60,000 nt of DNA from contig NC_087437.1 of the NCBI RefSeq assembly GCF_036321535.1, positions 20,772,001-20,832,000 of the forward strand, read 5' to 3'. Positions within the stretch are counted from its first letter, which is position 1. Each line of letters opens with the position of its first letter. Origin of the DNA: Camelus dromedarius. Lineage: Eukaryota. Made by a program: the position numbers and the translations under genes. The notes beneath the pieces were generated by a model, which saw only the letters and a list, made by a program, of their open reading frames with translations, did not search any database and was not told where the DNA came from. Shown here piece after piece: positions 1 through 12,478 of the stretch.

Positions 1-272
1 GGAGCTGACAGCTGGGGGGTCTGCCCCCTTTAGGGGCAGCGCGAGTCCCTCTTTATCCACGGCCCACTTGCCAAGCCCTATCAGCTGTGGAGTCTGTGCC
101 CTGTGTGCAGGTGGAGGGATAAGAGGGCAGGGAAAGGTGAAGTCTGGGCAGATGAAGGAGGAGAGGCCATGAAGGAAACAAAGCCAAGGCAGAGATGGGC
201 CCCAGAGCAGAGGGAGGCAGGTGATCCCTTCAGGTTCTCAGGTGGGCAGCTGAGGAGCCCAGCCTAGCCAAC

Positions 273-388
273 TATGTGTGTGCATGTATGTGGTGTGTGT
301 GAGAATGTAGTGTGCATGTGTGTGTAGCATGTGTATATATGTGGTCTATGTGGTGTGTGTGAATGTAGTGTGTGTGGTGTGTGTGTGT
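273..388. repeat. Degenerate (TG/TA)n simple repeat
   Basis: Interrupted tgtgtg/tatg runs; explains the His/Thr- and Cys/Val-rich spurious ORFs here. Confidence 0.85.
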
Positions 389-720
389 GGGGGGACATGC
401 ATCTAGTAGTTTCCTTGGCACCTTTCTTCCCTGCAGAGCCATCATTTTCCTGTATCCTCCAGCCCCCATGCCCTGTCCCTCACACTGCTTTGTTTGGGTC
501 TGTTGTCTGCTAGGAAAGAGAATAACCAGGCTTGGTGTTACCAAACTCAGGTTCTGCTACTCAGGTTTGGCTGCTCACTGCTCAAAAGCCAATAATTGAG
601 AGACAATTTTCGTAGACAGGAAAGGTGCTTTAATCAAACAGAAAAGCCAGCAATCTGGGGAGAAGGTGGACTCACGTCCTGAGACCAGTTCTGAAGATTC
701 TGCTCAGCCATGACAGTTTT

Positions 721-1130
721 TTTTCTTTTTTAAAAAAAAACTATGTATTTTTATAGTGCAAACAGAAAATCAGTTTTTAAAAATTTACATATATGTGCTG
801 TTCATTGTTTCTAAGAACAGTTTAGAGCATTAGCTTTTTTAACTTACGTAATTATCAAAGGAATAAAGCCAACTACAAAATAAGAATCAACAGAATGTAG
901 TAATCCAATCATAAAGGACAATCAGATGTGCTTACACATACTCAAGAAATCAGTCATCTAAGTTATAAATAATAAGTAGTTTGTGTCTTTTTTTTTTTTT
1001 AGATTCCACATATAAGTGATATCATATGGCATCTTTCCTTCTCATTCACTTAGAATGACAATCTCGCAGGTCCATCCATGTTGTTGCAGATGGCTTTATT
1101 TTATTCTTTTTTATGGCTGATCAGTATTCC

Positions 1131-1174
<44 letters not shown>

Positions 1175-1205
1175 TGTGACATCTTCTTTATCTAGTCATC
1201 TGTTA
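721..1205 (-). mobile_element. Retroposed chimera: L1 3'-region fragment (~975-1205) joined to non-L1 AT-rich sequence and a poly(A) tail
   Basis: TSD agccatgacag(t/c)tttt starting at 706 and 1206; poly(T) at ~717-731; 975-1205 matches the L1 segment also seen at ~49051-49290. Confidence 0.8.
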
Positions 1206-1389
1206 AGCCATGACAGCTTTTAAAGGGAAAAAATGTGGAAGATTCTGAGTGAATCATCAAGGCGAGAGGTTGGGTCGGCATCGTTCTCCATCGCATGCAG
1301 GCTGGCTCTCTTCAGATGTTACCTTTCCTGCGTGACCTGCCCGCAGGATTGCTAAGGGGTTGCTGGGGATAGAGAGCTAGTCATTCTTT

Positions 1390-1846
1390 TTTTTTTTTTT
1401 TAACATTTTTTTATTGATTTATAATCATTTTACAATGTTGTGTCAAATTCCAGTGTACAGCACAATTCCTCAGCCATACATGAACATGTGTATATTCATT
1501 GTCACATCCTTTTCTCTGTGAGCTACCATAAGATCCTGCACATATCTCCCTGTGCCATACAGTATAATCTTGTCTATCCATTCTACAATTTTGAAATCCC
1601 AGTCTGTCTCTTCCCACCCCCCGCCCCTTTGGCAACCACAAGTTTATATTCTATGTCTGTGAGTCTATTTCTGTTTTGTATTTATGCTTCGTTTGTGTGT
1701 GTGGTTTTTTTTTTAGATTCCACATATGAGCGATCTCATATGGTATTTTTCTTTCTCTTTCTGGCTTACTTCACTTAGAATGACATTCTCCAGGAGCATC
1801 CATGTTGCTGCAGATGGCGTTATGTTGTCAGTTTTTATGGCTGAGT
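1390..1846 (-). mobile_element. 5'-truncated young L1 3' end
   Basis: Perfect 17-bp TSD agagctagtcattcttt (1373-1389, 1847-1863), poly(T) tail, L1 3' UTR sequence, CTTT/AA endonuclease-type site. Confidence 0.9.
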
Positions 1847-2953
1847 AGAGCTAGTCATTCTTTAACACTTAATTCTTCATTCTTCTCTTAATCTAGGAAA
1901 AGAATCAACATAGTGTGCATTCAGGAGAGCATAAGTCAGGAGTCAGGTTAAATTGCCTAAAGATCTCATTCCTGTTATTTAGATGTTTTTAAGGTTAGAG
2001 GGGAACAGAAATGGGCAGACAGGAAAGGGACAAAAGGTGGAACAGTGTGTAGATTAAAAGAAAGCTGCCCCCAGGTGGGAGAGCGCGGAGCGCTTGCAGG
2101 CTGCCCGGGCGCTGCGCTGCTTGCCTCGGTCCGCCAGGTCCTGGCTTTCAGGCTCAGCCCACTCTTCGAGGTCGGCTGTTGGCATTTGCAGCTCCAGCTC
2201 TTTGTGGGCACCCCTGTGAATTTTGCTGAGGCACAAATTCACATACTCATAGCTGCAAGTGGACTCCTTGGCCCCTGAGTGGGCCTGGTCCTGTGTCCTG
2301 CCGTCCAGCCTGAGGGCTTTGTCATTCTCTCCTCTCTGTCTGGTGTATATTTTAGGGAGAAAAGCATGTGTCTCAGTGGTATGGGTGAATCTGGGGATTC
2401 ATGAAGATATTAATATGTTTTGATGGCAAAGGTTCGGGGATGCAAGAATGCCAAGGCTCTAATGTATTGTCTGTTTTTTCAAAAAACACAATAAAGTTCG
2501 TCCTGGGTTTTTATTTTGGTGAGTTGAAGTCCAAAAGAACAAGAAATTAAAAATGAGGGTTTGCATGTTTCAACTAAGGGTTCTGTTATAATATCACCAT
2601 CTCATCATTATCACCCAAATTTTTCACTTTGTATTTTTTATATTCATCTTGACTCTTTCCTTGGATGGAGATTTATTTTTTGTAATTTCTGAGAGTTTTA
2701 ATTTTGCTTTTTCTTTGAATGTTTCACATCCAGCTACCACATAGAGTTAAATATCTGTGGGTGAAAAAAATTCTGGAGACAAGTGACCAGATCAAGTCTG
2801 ACAAATCAGCTTTGATCACAAGGTCTTAATTTAAGCTCCTGTTGTAGTTACATTGGAGGAGGTGAGAGCACCTTGCACCAGGGACAAACTGCAAAGGGGA
2901 CACATTTATGTCTGTGGGTCATTTCTCGTGTTCTTCCAAGGCGGAGACATTGT

Positions 2954-2991
2954 TTCTCTCTCTCTCTCTCTCCTTCTCTCTCTCTCTCTCT

Positions 2992-3030
<39 letters not shown>
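2954..3030. repeat. (CT)n microsatellite
   Basis: Interrupted tctctc run. Confidence 0.95.
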
Positions 3031-3031
<1 letters not shown>

Positions 3032-3290
3032 GCTCCTCCCTTTCTTCTTTCCTTCCTTGTTTCTGATCTTAGAGAATTTCTCCTAAGAATAAATGGGAAG
3101 ATAGAGATGTATGATCAAAGATATTTATTGCACTGCTGCTTATAATAGGAAAAAGAGCTGGGTGACCAAGTGTCCAACAGTAAATAATCCTGCCTCCACT
3201 ACACCATGTTTACATAGACCTGTCTGTATTGACTTGGAAGATGTCTGTAATATATTTACTAAAAGGACAAGTGGTATTTTATATGGGTAT

Positions 3291-3292
<2 letters not shown>

Positions 3293-3328
<36 letters not shown>
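3293..3328. repeat. (GT)18 microsatellite
   Basis: Perfect GT run at the end of an old L1-like fragment. Confidence 0.95.
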
Positions 3329-3330
<2 letters not shown>

Positions 3331-4669
3331 TCAGCAGTATTGATAAGAAGGGGTCTCTCCCATTTTAGAGGAGAGGAAGCAATCAGAGTTAGTTAGTAAA
3401 ACTAGAAAGTGTTAGTAAAATGAGTTGGTGAATTCAGGAGAGGATGTGCCAATCTCCAAGACTGTATGAGGAGAGAGACAGAAGAGGGGAGGGAGGTGCG
3501 AGATGTTTACGCTGGAGTCACCACAGAATGGAGGGGAGCCCAGGACGCAGTGGGAGTCTGCCCAGGCGGAGTTTGCACCGATCAGCTTGGGCCCCTCTCC
3601 TTGTTGTCTTGGCAACTGGGCTCCAAGCTGATGACATTAAAAAAAAAACAACTTGAAGTGATGTGAGCGCTAATCAGAGGCAGAGCCCTGTGATCTTAGT
3701 AGCGCCCTACCTTGGTACGCCCTACCTTGTGGGAGGGGGGGAATTTTGAAACTGATCGGGAATGAGGTCTTGGGGGCAGAATCTGAGTTCTGAATAAGAA
3801 AGTGAGGTCAGCAATGCACACAGAACCACCTGGAACTGTCTCATCATCCTTTCTGCCAACATGGCCCCAGCACGTGGTCCTCAGCGAGGCCCAGCAGAGC
3901 CAGGCCCAGCAGAGCCAGGCGCCTGGCAGGAGGGACAGGGAGTTGGCCATGATGCAGGGCCCTCTCTGATTTATCTTGTTTGGGCTCCAGTGTCACCTCT
4001 TGCCTGCCCTCCCTCCTCTCCTCTTTGTCCTGTGTCATCTGAGGGTCTGGACCTCACTGGCCAGGGGTCTGCCTCTTGGGGAACCTGGAACCCAGCTCTG
4101 CCTCTCCCCAGCCCCGGGTATCTGCCAGAGGGTGGGACGGACAGCTGGCCTTCACAGTGTCCAGACACCTGCGGGCACGGCGCCTCCTGTACCCACATGG
4201 TGTCTCACAGAGGTGGCCTTCCCAAAGCTCTCCCACCCACCTGGCCGGCTCTTGCCTTTGACCCTTTTCACAGAAGCGAATGACTGGCCCATCTTCCTGG
4301 GCAGTCGCGTTGGTGGCCTTGATGGGGTGCAGACATTTGAGACACAGGAAGCTTATTTGTTCCTCTTGGGAGGGGGGAGCAATGCACCTGGGCCATAGGG
4401 ACCCTGTCAGTGTTCCCACCAGAGCAGGGACAGAAAGACAGATGTCACCTCCGGCAGGACATCCAGCCACACACACACTGCAGTGCTCACTGTGGGTTTC
4501 TCTGGGCGCTAAGAATATGCGTGACTCACTTCTTTTTATACCTCAGTGTTGAATGGCTATTTTAGGATGAACACACATTTATATAAATTTGAAAGATCCC
4601 TTTTCATTTTATGAAAAGAAAATGCTCTTCTTGAAGGTGTTGAAATTGGAAACCTGTTTCCAGGTACAT

Positions 4670-4861
4670 TGGGTTCTTAGCCTGCATCCACAGACATCTA
4701 CATTGTCTCCTGTGGTTTCAGGGGTCCTGTGAACCCCTAGAAATCAAATTTTAAAGCTTGTGGGTACAGTCCTTTTTCAGGAGTGAGGATCAGTATCTTT
4801 TGTCAGATTCTCAGAGGTGAGGCAGAAGGGACCCAGGCCCTGAGATGGTTAAGGATGACTG
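4670..4861. mobile_element. hAT-Charlie non-autonomous element (Charlie4z-like)
   Basis: gggttcttagcctg...ggggtcctgtgaacccc...tcagattctcagagg...ggttaaggatgactg resembles the recalled consensus; a related copy lies at ~35590-35740. Confidence 0.5.
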
Positions 4862-6059
4862 AGGTTCTTTCCATAGTTCTTTTGGGAGGCTGTCCCTTAT
4901 GTCTCTCTGATTTCTAGTTTCTATCATGGTTTGGAATCCTTGGTGTTTGCAGCATCTAACCCAGGATACCAGGTTAGGATAAGTCCAGTTACCAGTAGCC
5001 CCAGAGGAGCATGAGATTTCCTGGCCCCTCCGGGAAGCCACACCTGGACTCAGGTTCAGGCCACAGTGGGACTCCTGCCCCTGTGCTCTGTCTGTCCTGT
5101 GGACTTAGGTCTCAGATGTCGGAGGGGTCAGGCAGGGAGGAGATAAGAGGTTGGGAATAGCCTAGGGCAGGAGCTGAATCTCTGGTTCCTGGCTCCCGGA
5201 ATGGGACCAGACTTACCACTGGCACCAAAAGCATTTACTAGATTCTTGCCTGACAGTGGTTTGCCATGAAACAATGAGAACGAGGGATGCAGACCGATTA
5301 AGAATGAGGATAATGAGGAAGGTTGGTGTATTGTGGTGTTGTATTTGTGGGCTGGTAGATCAGAAGGTAGCTGTGGATTCAGCTGTCCGATCAGTCTTGT
5401 CTCTGTGAAACCAAGCCTCTCAGCCTGTCCAGATGCAGACTTGATTTTTCACATTAGGCCTGTCAACGCAATTTCTGCCCCTGCCTTCAAAAGCAAATGA
5501 CTGAAAGCAAATAACCGAACTGTGGGCTCCGGTGGCATGGTTCTGGTTTCTATTTGAGCTTTACACACATTTTTATATTCAGTGCAGGCTAGAGGCAGAA
5601 AGGGCATTAAAGACACCTTAGTGGACGGAGGAACACCAAGCGGATTGTGGGAATTGCCTGTCAGAGCAAACCATGATTCTTTGGCAGGCCAGTGAAGGAG
5701 AGAATCCAAGGGGAGGTTTGGACTGTTGGGAGGAAGATATTGGAGAAATCAGGAGATAGGACTTGGGGGTTAACTTATGAGAAGGCACCATCTTGGGTAA
5801 ACTGGATTATTTAAGGGAGTCAGAAAAGCTACTAAAATTAAGGTGGTCAAGGTGGGCAGGGTGGCTGACTTCCCTTGTGCTCCTGTGAAAGGTGTGGCCA
5901 CGGCGGGTCAGCATCCCTTCCAGATTCTTAGTTGAAGGTGGGACCTTTTAAAAGCCCATAAGGAATATGAATAATCACATTCAAGGGACAGACGTGGAAC
6001 CAGCACTGCTGGATTTCTTACCACATTCCAGCCACTGGAAGGCCTTTCTCAGGTGATGC

Positions 6060-6212
6060 CTCGAGTCATCCTCACCACCACCCTGGCACAGCTGTCATTG
6101 TCTTCATTTCACAGGTGAAGGAAGCGAGGCACAGTGAGGCAGGAACATTGGCCCAGGGTCACCGATCTCAGAAGTAACAGAGCCAGGACTTGAGCCCAGG
6201 TCTTCATGACTC
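6060..6212 (-). mobile_element. MIR SINE
   Basis: Core catttcacaggtgaaggaagcgaggcacag...cccagggtcac...agagccaggacttgagcccaggtct. Confidence 0.7.
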
Positions 6213-8275
6213 TGGCCCCCAGGCCCATGCCACCTCCCTGCATTCAGAACCATGGACAGTCGTGGCTGCAGAGGTGACTGAGGACAGTCTTGAGTGGCAC
6301 TGGGAAAGAGGAGTCCCAAGGAAGATGTGACTACTGTCCGCTAGGGAGGTGACCAGCCCTGGGCTCTGACTAGGAAGGTGCAAAGCAGGTGGGGGAGGGG
6401 GCCACACCTCGGCCCCTCCAGGTTCTTTGCTGGCGCCCTTGGTGATAAGACTTGTGTGACAGCTGAGCCCAGAGCAGTGCAGGCAGAGCTGAGCCAGCAG
6501 TCTAGCCCCATCGTTCTCACCTGTGCTGGGACACCTGCGGATCCCTGACACCTGGCTTCGGTCAGCCAGGGTGTCTGTGCAATCAGAGGAAGAGCTGACA
6601 ACTAAACAACAGTAGGATAACTAAAAACTAGGGCAGGGATGGCAGGAGACAGGGGTTCAGAGGTCACCTGACTCTCTGCAAAATGGACTCTTCCACGTGG
6701 GGAAGCTCTCTTTCCTGGAAAGGGTCTTTATTGGCACGGTTGGCTAGGGCCGGGTCCATCCCTGGGGCCGTCAGCATGGTAAGGACAGGGTCCTGGAGGA
6801 GCCACCCCACAGAAGGAAAGGAGGGGTGGTGCTCTGACCTACGGATGGGGTTCCCAGCGTTCCATCAGGATCACCTGTAAAGGGCTGCATACACGGGGTT
6901 CTTAAGGCCAGATCTGGTGGGGAAAGGCCAGGAAGCAGGCGGATTCTTGTCCTCTGTCCCAGGACAGAGCCCCGACATGGGGAGATAAGCTGGAGACTAT
7001 GAGCATGGGTTTGGTCCCCCAGAGGAAGGGCACTGGCCTGTCTTCTGCTTGGGATCAGCAGAGTTCCTAATTGTCCCACAGGGCACTGGAGGAGCTGGGG
7101 AGGCCTGCCAGGAGAAGCAGCTTCCTGCAGCCCCAGACCCCAGATGCCACATCTGCTCACCAGTCCCCAAGTCCCCAAGTCTGCCCCTCAGTGCCCTTGA
7201 GATGAACAAGGCAAGCCCAGGACTGCTGATGTGGCAGGTCAGGCAGTAGCCAGGGGAGAGGCAGCCTCCATCCCGGGGTCTGCTCCTTCAGGCTCCTTTG
7301 CAGCCAGCCTCTCCCAGAGCATCAGCCCTGGTGGGGCCAAGGCCTCAAAGGTGTCTAGAGCCAGCCTGCCGCCTCTTGTCTGCGGTGTTTGCCGCACCGC
7401 CCAGCCCTCCCTCGTCCTGTCCTTTTCCCCGTGTAGCCAGCTTCATTTCAGCCTTTCAGTCCCAGCTTAGGCGTCTTCTCGAGGAAGCCTGCTTGGATGA
7501 TCCCCACCACCGGCTGGTCAGGTAACTGCTCTCCCTGAGGGTTCAAGCAGGTATTCCACCAAAAGCATGGAGCACAGGGCTGCTCAGAGCAGGCCTTCAG
7601 TTCAACAAGCATGTGTGGAGGGCCTGCCCTGTGCCGGTTGGTGAGGGAGCATAAACATGAAAGAGACATGGTTCTGGCCCTCTGGATGTTTGGGGTGGCG
7701 GGTTGACAAACTGTGGACACCCTTGCTTACATGTACTGTAGTGTGAGCCAGGAGGGCAGCAAGAACCAGGTGGGCTCATAGAAGAGGGATGTCCAGACTA
7801 CTTGAGGATTCAGGGTGGGCTTCCTGGAGGAGGTGACCCCTGGGGTCAGTTACGGAGTTGACCTGATCTGGGGTATGGAGGTTGGAATGTGGGTAGAGTC
7901 ACAAGCAAGGGGAAGGAGACATCCTGAGAAACATCCTATGGGAGCAGGGACAGCTCTGAACAGTTCAGGACAATGAGAACCAGGTTAGGGGAGGGGATGC
8001 TGGTGAGATGTCTCACTCCATTGTTTCTGTGCATCAGAACTTGCCCCCGATTGCCTAGTATCTGGAGGACCCTTTGAAGGGCCCCACATGGACTGATGCT
8101 GTGTCTTGGTGACTTAGGAGGGTTTGAAACAATGCAAGTTCATCTCAACAGCCAGTGGGCGAAGCTGACAGACAGGCCCAGATGCCAGAGGAAACAGCAG
8201 ATAAAATCTGTCTGGATGGAAGATCTCTTTACATGTAGCTTTCAACCGCTGCTTCCTTGAGTTGTAGGTGGTTCC

Positions 8276-8636
8276 TGTCTTAGTCCACTGGGCTGCTTAA
8301 TAAACATACCATAAACTGGCAGCTCATAAACAACAGGAATTTATTTCTCACAGTTCCTGAGGCTGGGAAATCCAAGGCTGAAGCACCAGCAGGTTTGGCG
8401 TCTAGGGGGTGCTCACTTCCTAGAGGGCATCTTTTTGCTGTAACATCACATGGCAGAGAAGTGGGGGCAGGGGAGCTCTTTGGGGTCTCTTTTATAAGGG
8501 CACTAATCCCATTCTCAAAGGCCCCACCCTCTTGACCGACTCACTCCCAAAGGTCCCACCTCCAAATACCATCACACTGGCAGTTAGGATTTCAACATGT
8601 GAATTTGGGGGAAACATAAATATTCAGTGTATAGCA
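8276..8636 (-). mobile_element. MaLR solo LTR (MLT1A-like)
   Basis: tgtcttagtcc...atttatttctcacagttc...tattcagtgtatagca; intact 5-bp TSD gttcc (8271-8275, 8637-8641). Confidence 0.85.
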
Positions 8637-9289
8637 GTTCCCAGGTGGCAGCCCCCACAAGCCTTCCCCTGTGTGCTCTCAGATAAATCAGCAAACTGTA
8701 GGGACTCTGGGATGTCCAGGGACTCATGCCCCTCTGCCCCTGTGTCAGCCTATTATCATGTCACCTCTCCCTGGCCCAGACTCAAAGGGAGTGTGCCCAC
8801 AGGCAAGGCCAAGGGGCCAGAACCTGGTACCACTTCTCAAAGGAGCAGAGTCAAGCACTGAGGAGCGCCACACAGCCTCTGGGAGTGCTGGGTCATTAAC
8901 ATACTGACTGAGGACATCATTCCCTTGCTGCGGCACAAATCTGCCCGCCAACCCACCAGAAATGACCTCTGGACACCTGAGCTGTGTGTCAGCAGTTCTG
9001 GACCCTTCCAGGAAGGAGATGGCTCTAGGACTAACCAAAGAGCTAATCTGAGTTGGTGAAGGGCCAACTCTGTAGCTCTGTGATTGTTTTATCACAAGTA
9101 ATGAATGAAATATGCTTATTGGGAAAAAAGAGGTGTATCTAGGCATTATAGAAATATACATATATTTCTATACTTATAGAATATATGTAATATGTGCTTA
9201 CCGTAGCTATATACACATATGTATCTATGTGGATTTATAAAACAATATAGACAGTTACAGAAAAACCAGTGAAAATACTTCTTCACGCC

Positions 9290-10070
9290 CCATTCCACCC
9301 ATCCCCCAGAGGAAGCCCCTGCTGCATCGCGAAGGATGTCCTCGGAGACATTTTTCTGCTCATTTACATAATAAAAAATGCCTTCAAATACATGTGTAGG
9401 TTTTCTTTTCTTTCCACAAAGAGAAATACATAACTATCCAGTGACTTGGTTCATTTGCTTTATTCATCTTTGATGCTTTTCCATTCTTGTAACTAGCAAA
9501 ATATTCCGTATGGTGGATGTAACATTCTGTTCTGCTAATGAGAGAGATTTAGGTCATTTCCCTTTTTTTTTGTCATTATAAACAGCATCGCAGTGAATCT
9601 CTTCAGCCATTCGTCTCTGTGATGAGAACTGATGTCTTTTTCAAATAGATTCCAAGAGGTATAATAATGAGATCAGGGAAAAAAAGCACATGTCACGTTT
9701 TGGTGGTGACTGCCAGATACTCCTGAAAAGTCCTTCCAATTTCCACTCTCACCTGCAGTGTCTGGAAGTGTGGGTTCCATGTGGTGGCTAGGACTGATGA
9801 TATTATTAAAACGTGAATTTCTAGTCTGACAGGGGTGGGAGAGAATCATATCCTGTTTCTGTATTTCTTTAAATATGTATAAATGTTGAACATTTTTCAT
9901 ATGTTTATTGCCACTGGTATTTATTTTTCTATAATGAGCTTGTTTATGTCCTTTATTCATTTATCAGCTATAGGAGATCTATGCTCTTTGAATATTAATG
10001 ATTTGTTATGTGTTGCAAACATTTTCCTTTCAGTGGCTAACTTGTCTTTTACCTTTGTTTATAACGTCTG
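9290..10070 (-). mobile_element. Old L1 (L1M-type) fragment
   Basis: Degenerate L1 3' region; minus-strand ORF remnant (HMKNVQHLYIFKEIQ) resembles the ORF2 C-terminus. Confidence 0.65.
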
Positions 10071-10397
10071 TTTGCCAAAGGCAAGTTTTAAATATTTACT
10101 TAGAAGAATTTGTAGAAGAAGGTGGGGAGTTTAAATGGATTTAGACTGGTGATTGGGCCCTGTTTATGCTGTTGTTCAAATGTATGCATATGTATTACAT
10201 GATGATTAATAAGCCTTTTAGATGTTAAATGATTCATGGACACTCCTATTTCCGGGTATTTCCTCAGTTGTCAGATGCTAGAAATACAACTATTATTTTA
10301 TGTAGGGAGTTCCAGACTGGGAACTCTTGGAAAGATTGGGGACCACTGACCCAGAACCTGGGCTTACATCTACTTATACATAATTGATAAAGTGCAT

Positions 10398-10790
10398 GAA
10401 TCAGGACTCATTTGGTTGGAAGTAACTGAAACCCAGCTCAAACTAGCTTAAGTAAGAAGAGGACTTTCTCGACTCACAGATCTGGGGCATCTAAGGGAAG
10501 TTCTGGCCTCGACCACATCTGGACCCAGAGGCTCAGAGGATGGATGTCCTCAGGTCTTCCTTTCTCTCTCTAATGCTCTTCATTTGTCCATCTGGCTTGT
10601 CTCTACTTAGCCTCATTTTCATCTGTGGAGGGACAGATGGCTGGGGCAGCCCCAGGTTTCCGTTCCTAGAGATCAGCGTCCAGGAGAAAAGGAGACTTCC
10701 GTGTCTGTGTCCTACCTCTCTGAAGGAGGTGGGGCGTTGTGATTGACAGTTCAACGGCTTCACCTGGGCAGGGGGAGGAGTGGTTCGCTG
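10398..10790 (-). mobile_element. Old MaLR LTR (MLT1K/L-like)
   Basis: atcaggactcatttggttggaagtaactgaaacccagctcaaactagcttaag start typical of late MLT1 families. Confidence 0.5.
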
Positions 10791-11500
10791 ACAGAGGGAT
10801 GCTAGGTGGACAAACGTCGCACGCAGATGACAGGGCCCACGCATGACATGTAGCAGACGGTGGGGGCGAACCTGGTCTGGAGGCAGAGCAGTGAGCTTGA
10901 GATGGCTTTCCATCCATCTGGTATGCCTTGGGCAGCCACCTCCCCCTCCCCTTGGGTCCCTGGCTCTCTTCTCTGTAAAATGGTCTCTTGAGGATGAATG
11001 AGCAGATGCCTGTGATTGGGCTCTGGGGGCCACAAGATGCAAAGTAGGTGGTATTAAATGAGATATGATAGACACCTGTCCAGCACTTTGTAGGCGCTCC
11101 ATAAGCAATGGTCTTCCTACTTAGTATTTACCAGAATTCAAAGGGTGTTCAGAACAAAGTAGTCAGGTTGCACAAAGTTAGTGTGTAAGCTCTTCCTTGA
11201 CCATTGTAGGTGTGGCCCCCTTTGTCAGGGTGGCCCCTCAGCATTGCATAGATAATTATTGGTGACGAGAGGGTAGTGGCATTGAGAAAGGGGCAGGGCC
11301 TGGAGCGGGGCTCAAGAAACAGTTCTTGAATGAGAAGCTGACTTTTTGCTACGTTGAAGTCCAGCCTAACTCTGAGGGAGACAGCAGTTACGATGAAAAT
11401 TCAGCTGCATTCTGGGCCCTTCCAGCTGGTCTGTCCACAGCCCACCCCCACTCAGCCCAGTGACCACATGTGTCATGACCTGCTTTACTTTTCCCTGCAG

Positions 11501-11659
11501 TCCACCTGATCCCGGTGTCGACAGCTAAAAATGAAGTGAGCAGCAAGAGTCGAAAGAGAATCATGCCTGAGCCAGTGACGGAGCCCCCGGGGGTGGACCC
11601 TGTTTACGAAGCCCTGTTGTACTGCAACACTCCCAGCGTGGCTGAGCGCAGCATGGAAG
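11501..11659 (+). CDS. PXYLP1: PXYLP1 internal coding exon (159 bp): HLIPVSTAK...AERSME
   Basis: ttttccctgcag acceptor and G|gtaggc donor; translation matches recalled PXYLP1 (SSKSRKRIMP..DPVYEALLYCN); phase 1 at both ends. Confidence 0.96.
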
Positions 11660-12478
11660 GTAGGCCTGGCTGTGCCACCCAACTTGGTACCATCTCCAAG
11701 CAGCATCTAAGGACCTGGATGGCCAGGGTCCAAGTCCTGCAGTTGCCACTAGGCTGGGCCCTTGGATAGGCTCTCAGGTCTTAGTTTCCTCATCTGTAAA
11801 ATGGGAGTGATGAGCAGCACCCGCTCACCAGGCTGCTGGGAGGAGTAAGTAGCCACTTTGAGCAGCACGAGTCTCATGATACGCCCTCCACAAAGGTTTG
11901 CCATCATCATGCTTTTCAGTGAGACACCAGCGGAATAGAAAGGTGGCCTCCGCAGGCTCTAGGGTGTCGCCCTCCGCTCACCCCTTTCCCAGGCAGGCTC
12001 TCTTCAGGCTTAGGACCTCCCCAGGCTGCTCCAGTGGTGTCTGGCAGTAAAGATGTGGAAAAATACAATTTCCTTGTTGAGTTTTCCTTTTTGAAAGTGT
12101 ATTAGAGAATGATGTTGAATTTGTCTGTTTGTGCCCTGCCTTGTTCCACGAGAGATGTAAAGCAGAAGTCGTTGTTTCCAGTGTTTCTGCGGGCCTCCCC
12201 CTAGTCTGCAGATGTGCGTGGGGCTCCATGAACAGTCTTGCCTACAGTTCACTGGCCCCTAGTCCCCAGCCACACCCCTACAGCCTCCCCATGGCTTCTG
12301 GGGGTCTGAGACAGAACCAGCCCTCTCATGTTCCTCTGCCCTGCCTTGTGAGGCTAGTCAGAGGCCCCTCGCACCCAGCATGGCACCCTTCCACGTGGTC
12401 ACCCCTCCCCGCCTCGGCATAGTGAAAGTGCTGGGCAGTTCCTGGGTGGTAACCAGACCGTGTGCTTCTCTCTTGCAG

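Larger units (their letters stand above)
536..2044 (-). mobile_element. ERV1-like solo LTR, split by two L1-mediated insertions
   Basis: Starts tgttacc (reverse complement ...ggtaaca, a typical LTR 3' end) with an ATTAAA-type signal on the minus strand near 628; the sequence resumes after each TSD-flanked insertion. Right boundary approximate. Confidence 0.6.

Noticed and set aside
3887..3916. 15-bp tandem duplication aggcccagcagagcc x2
   Set aside because: Ordinary slippage duplication in an intron.
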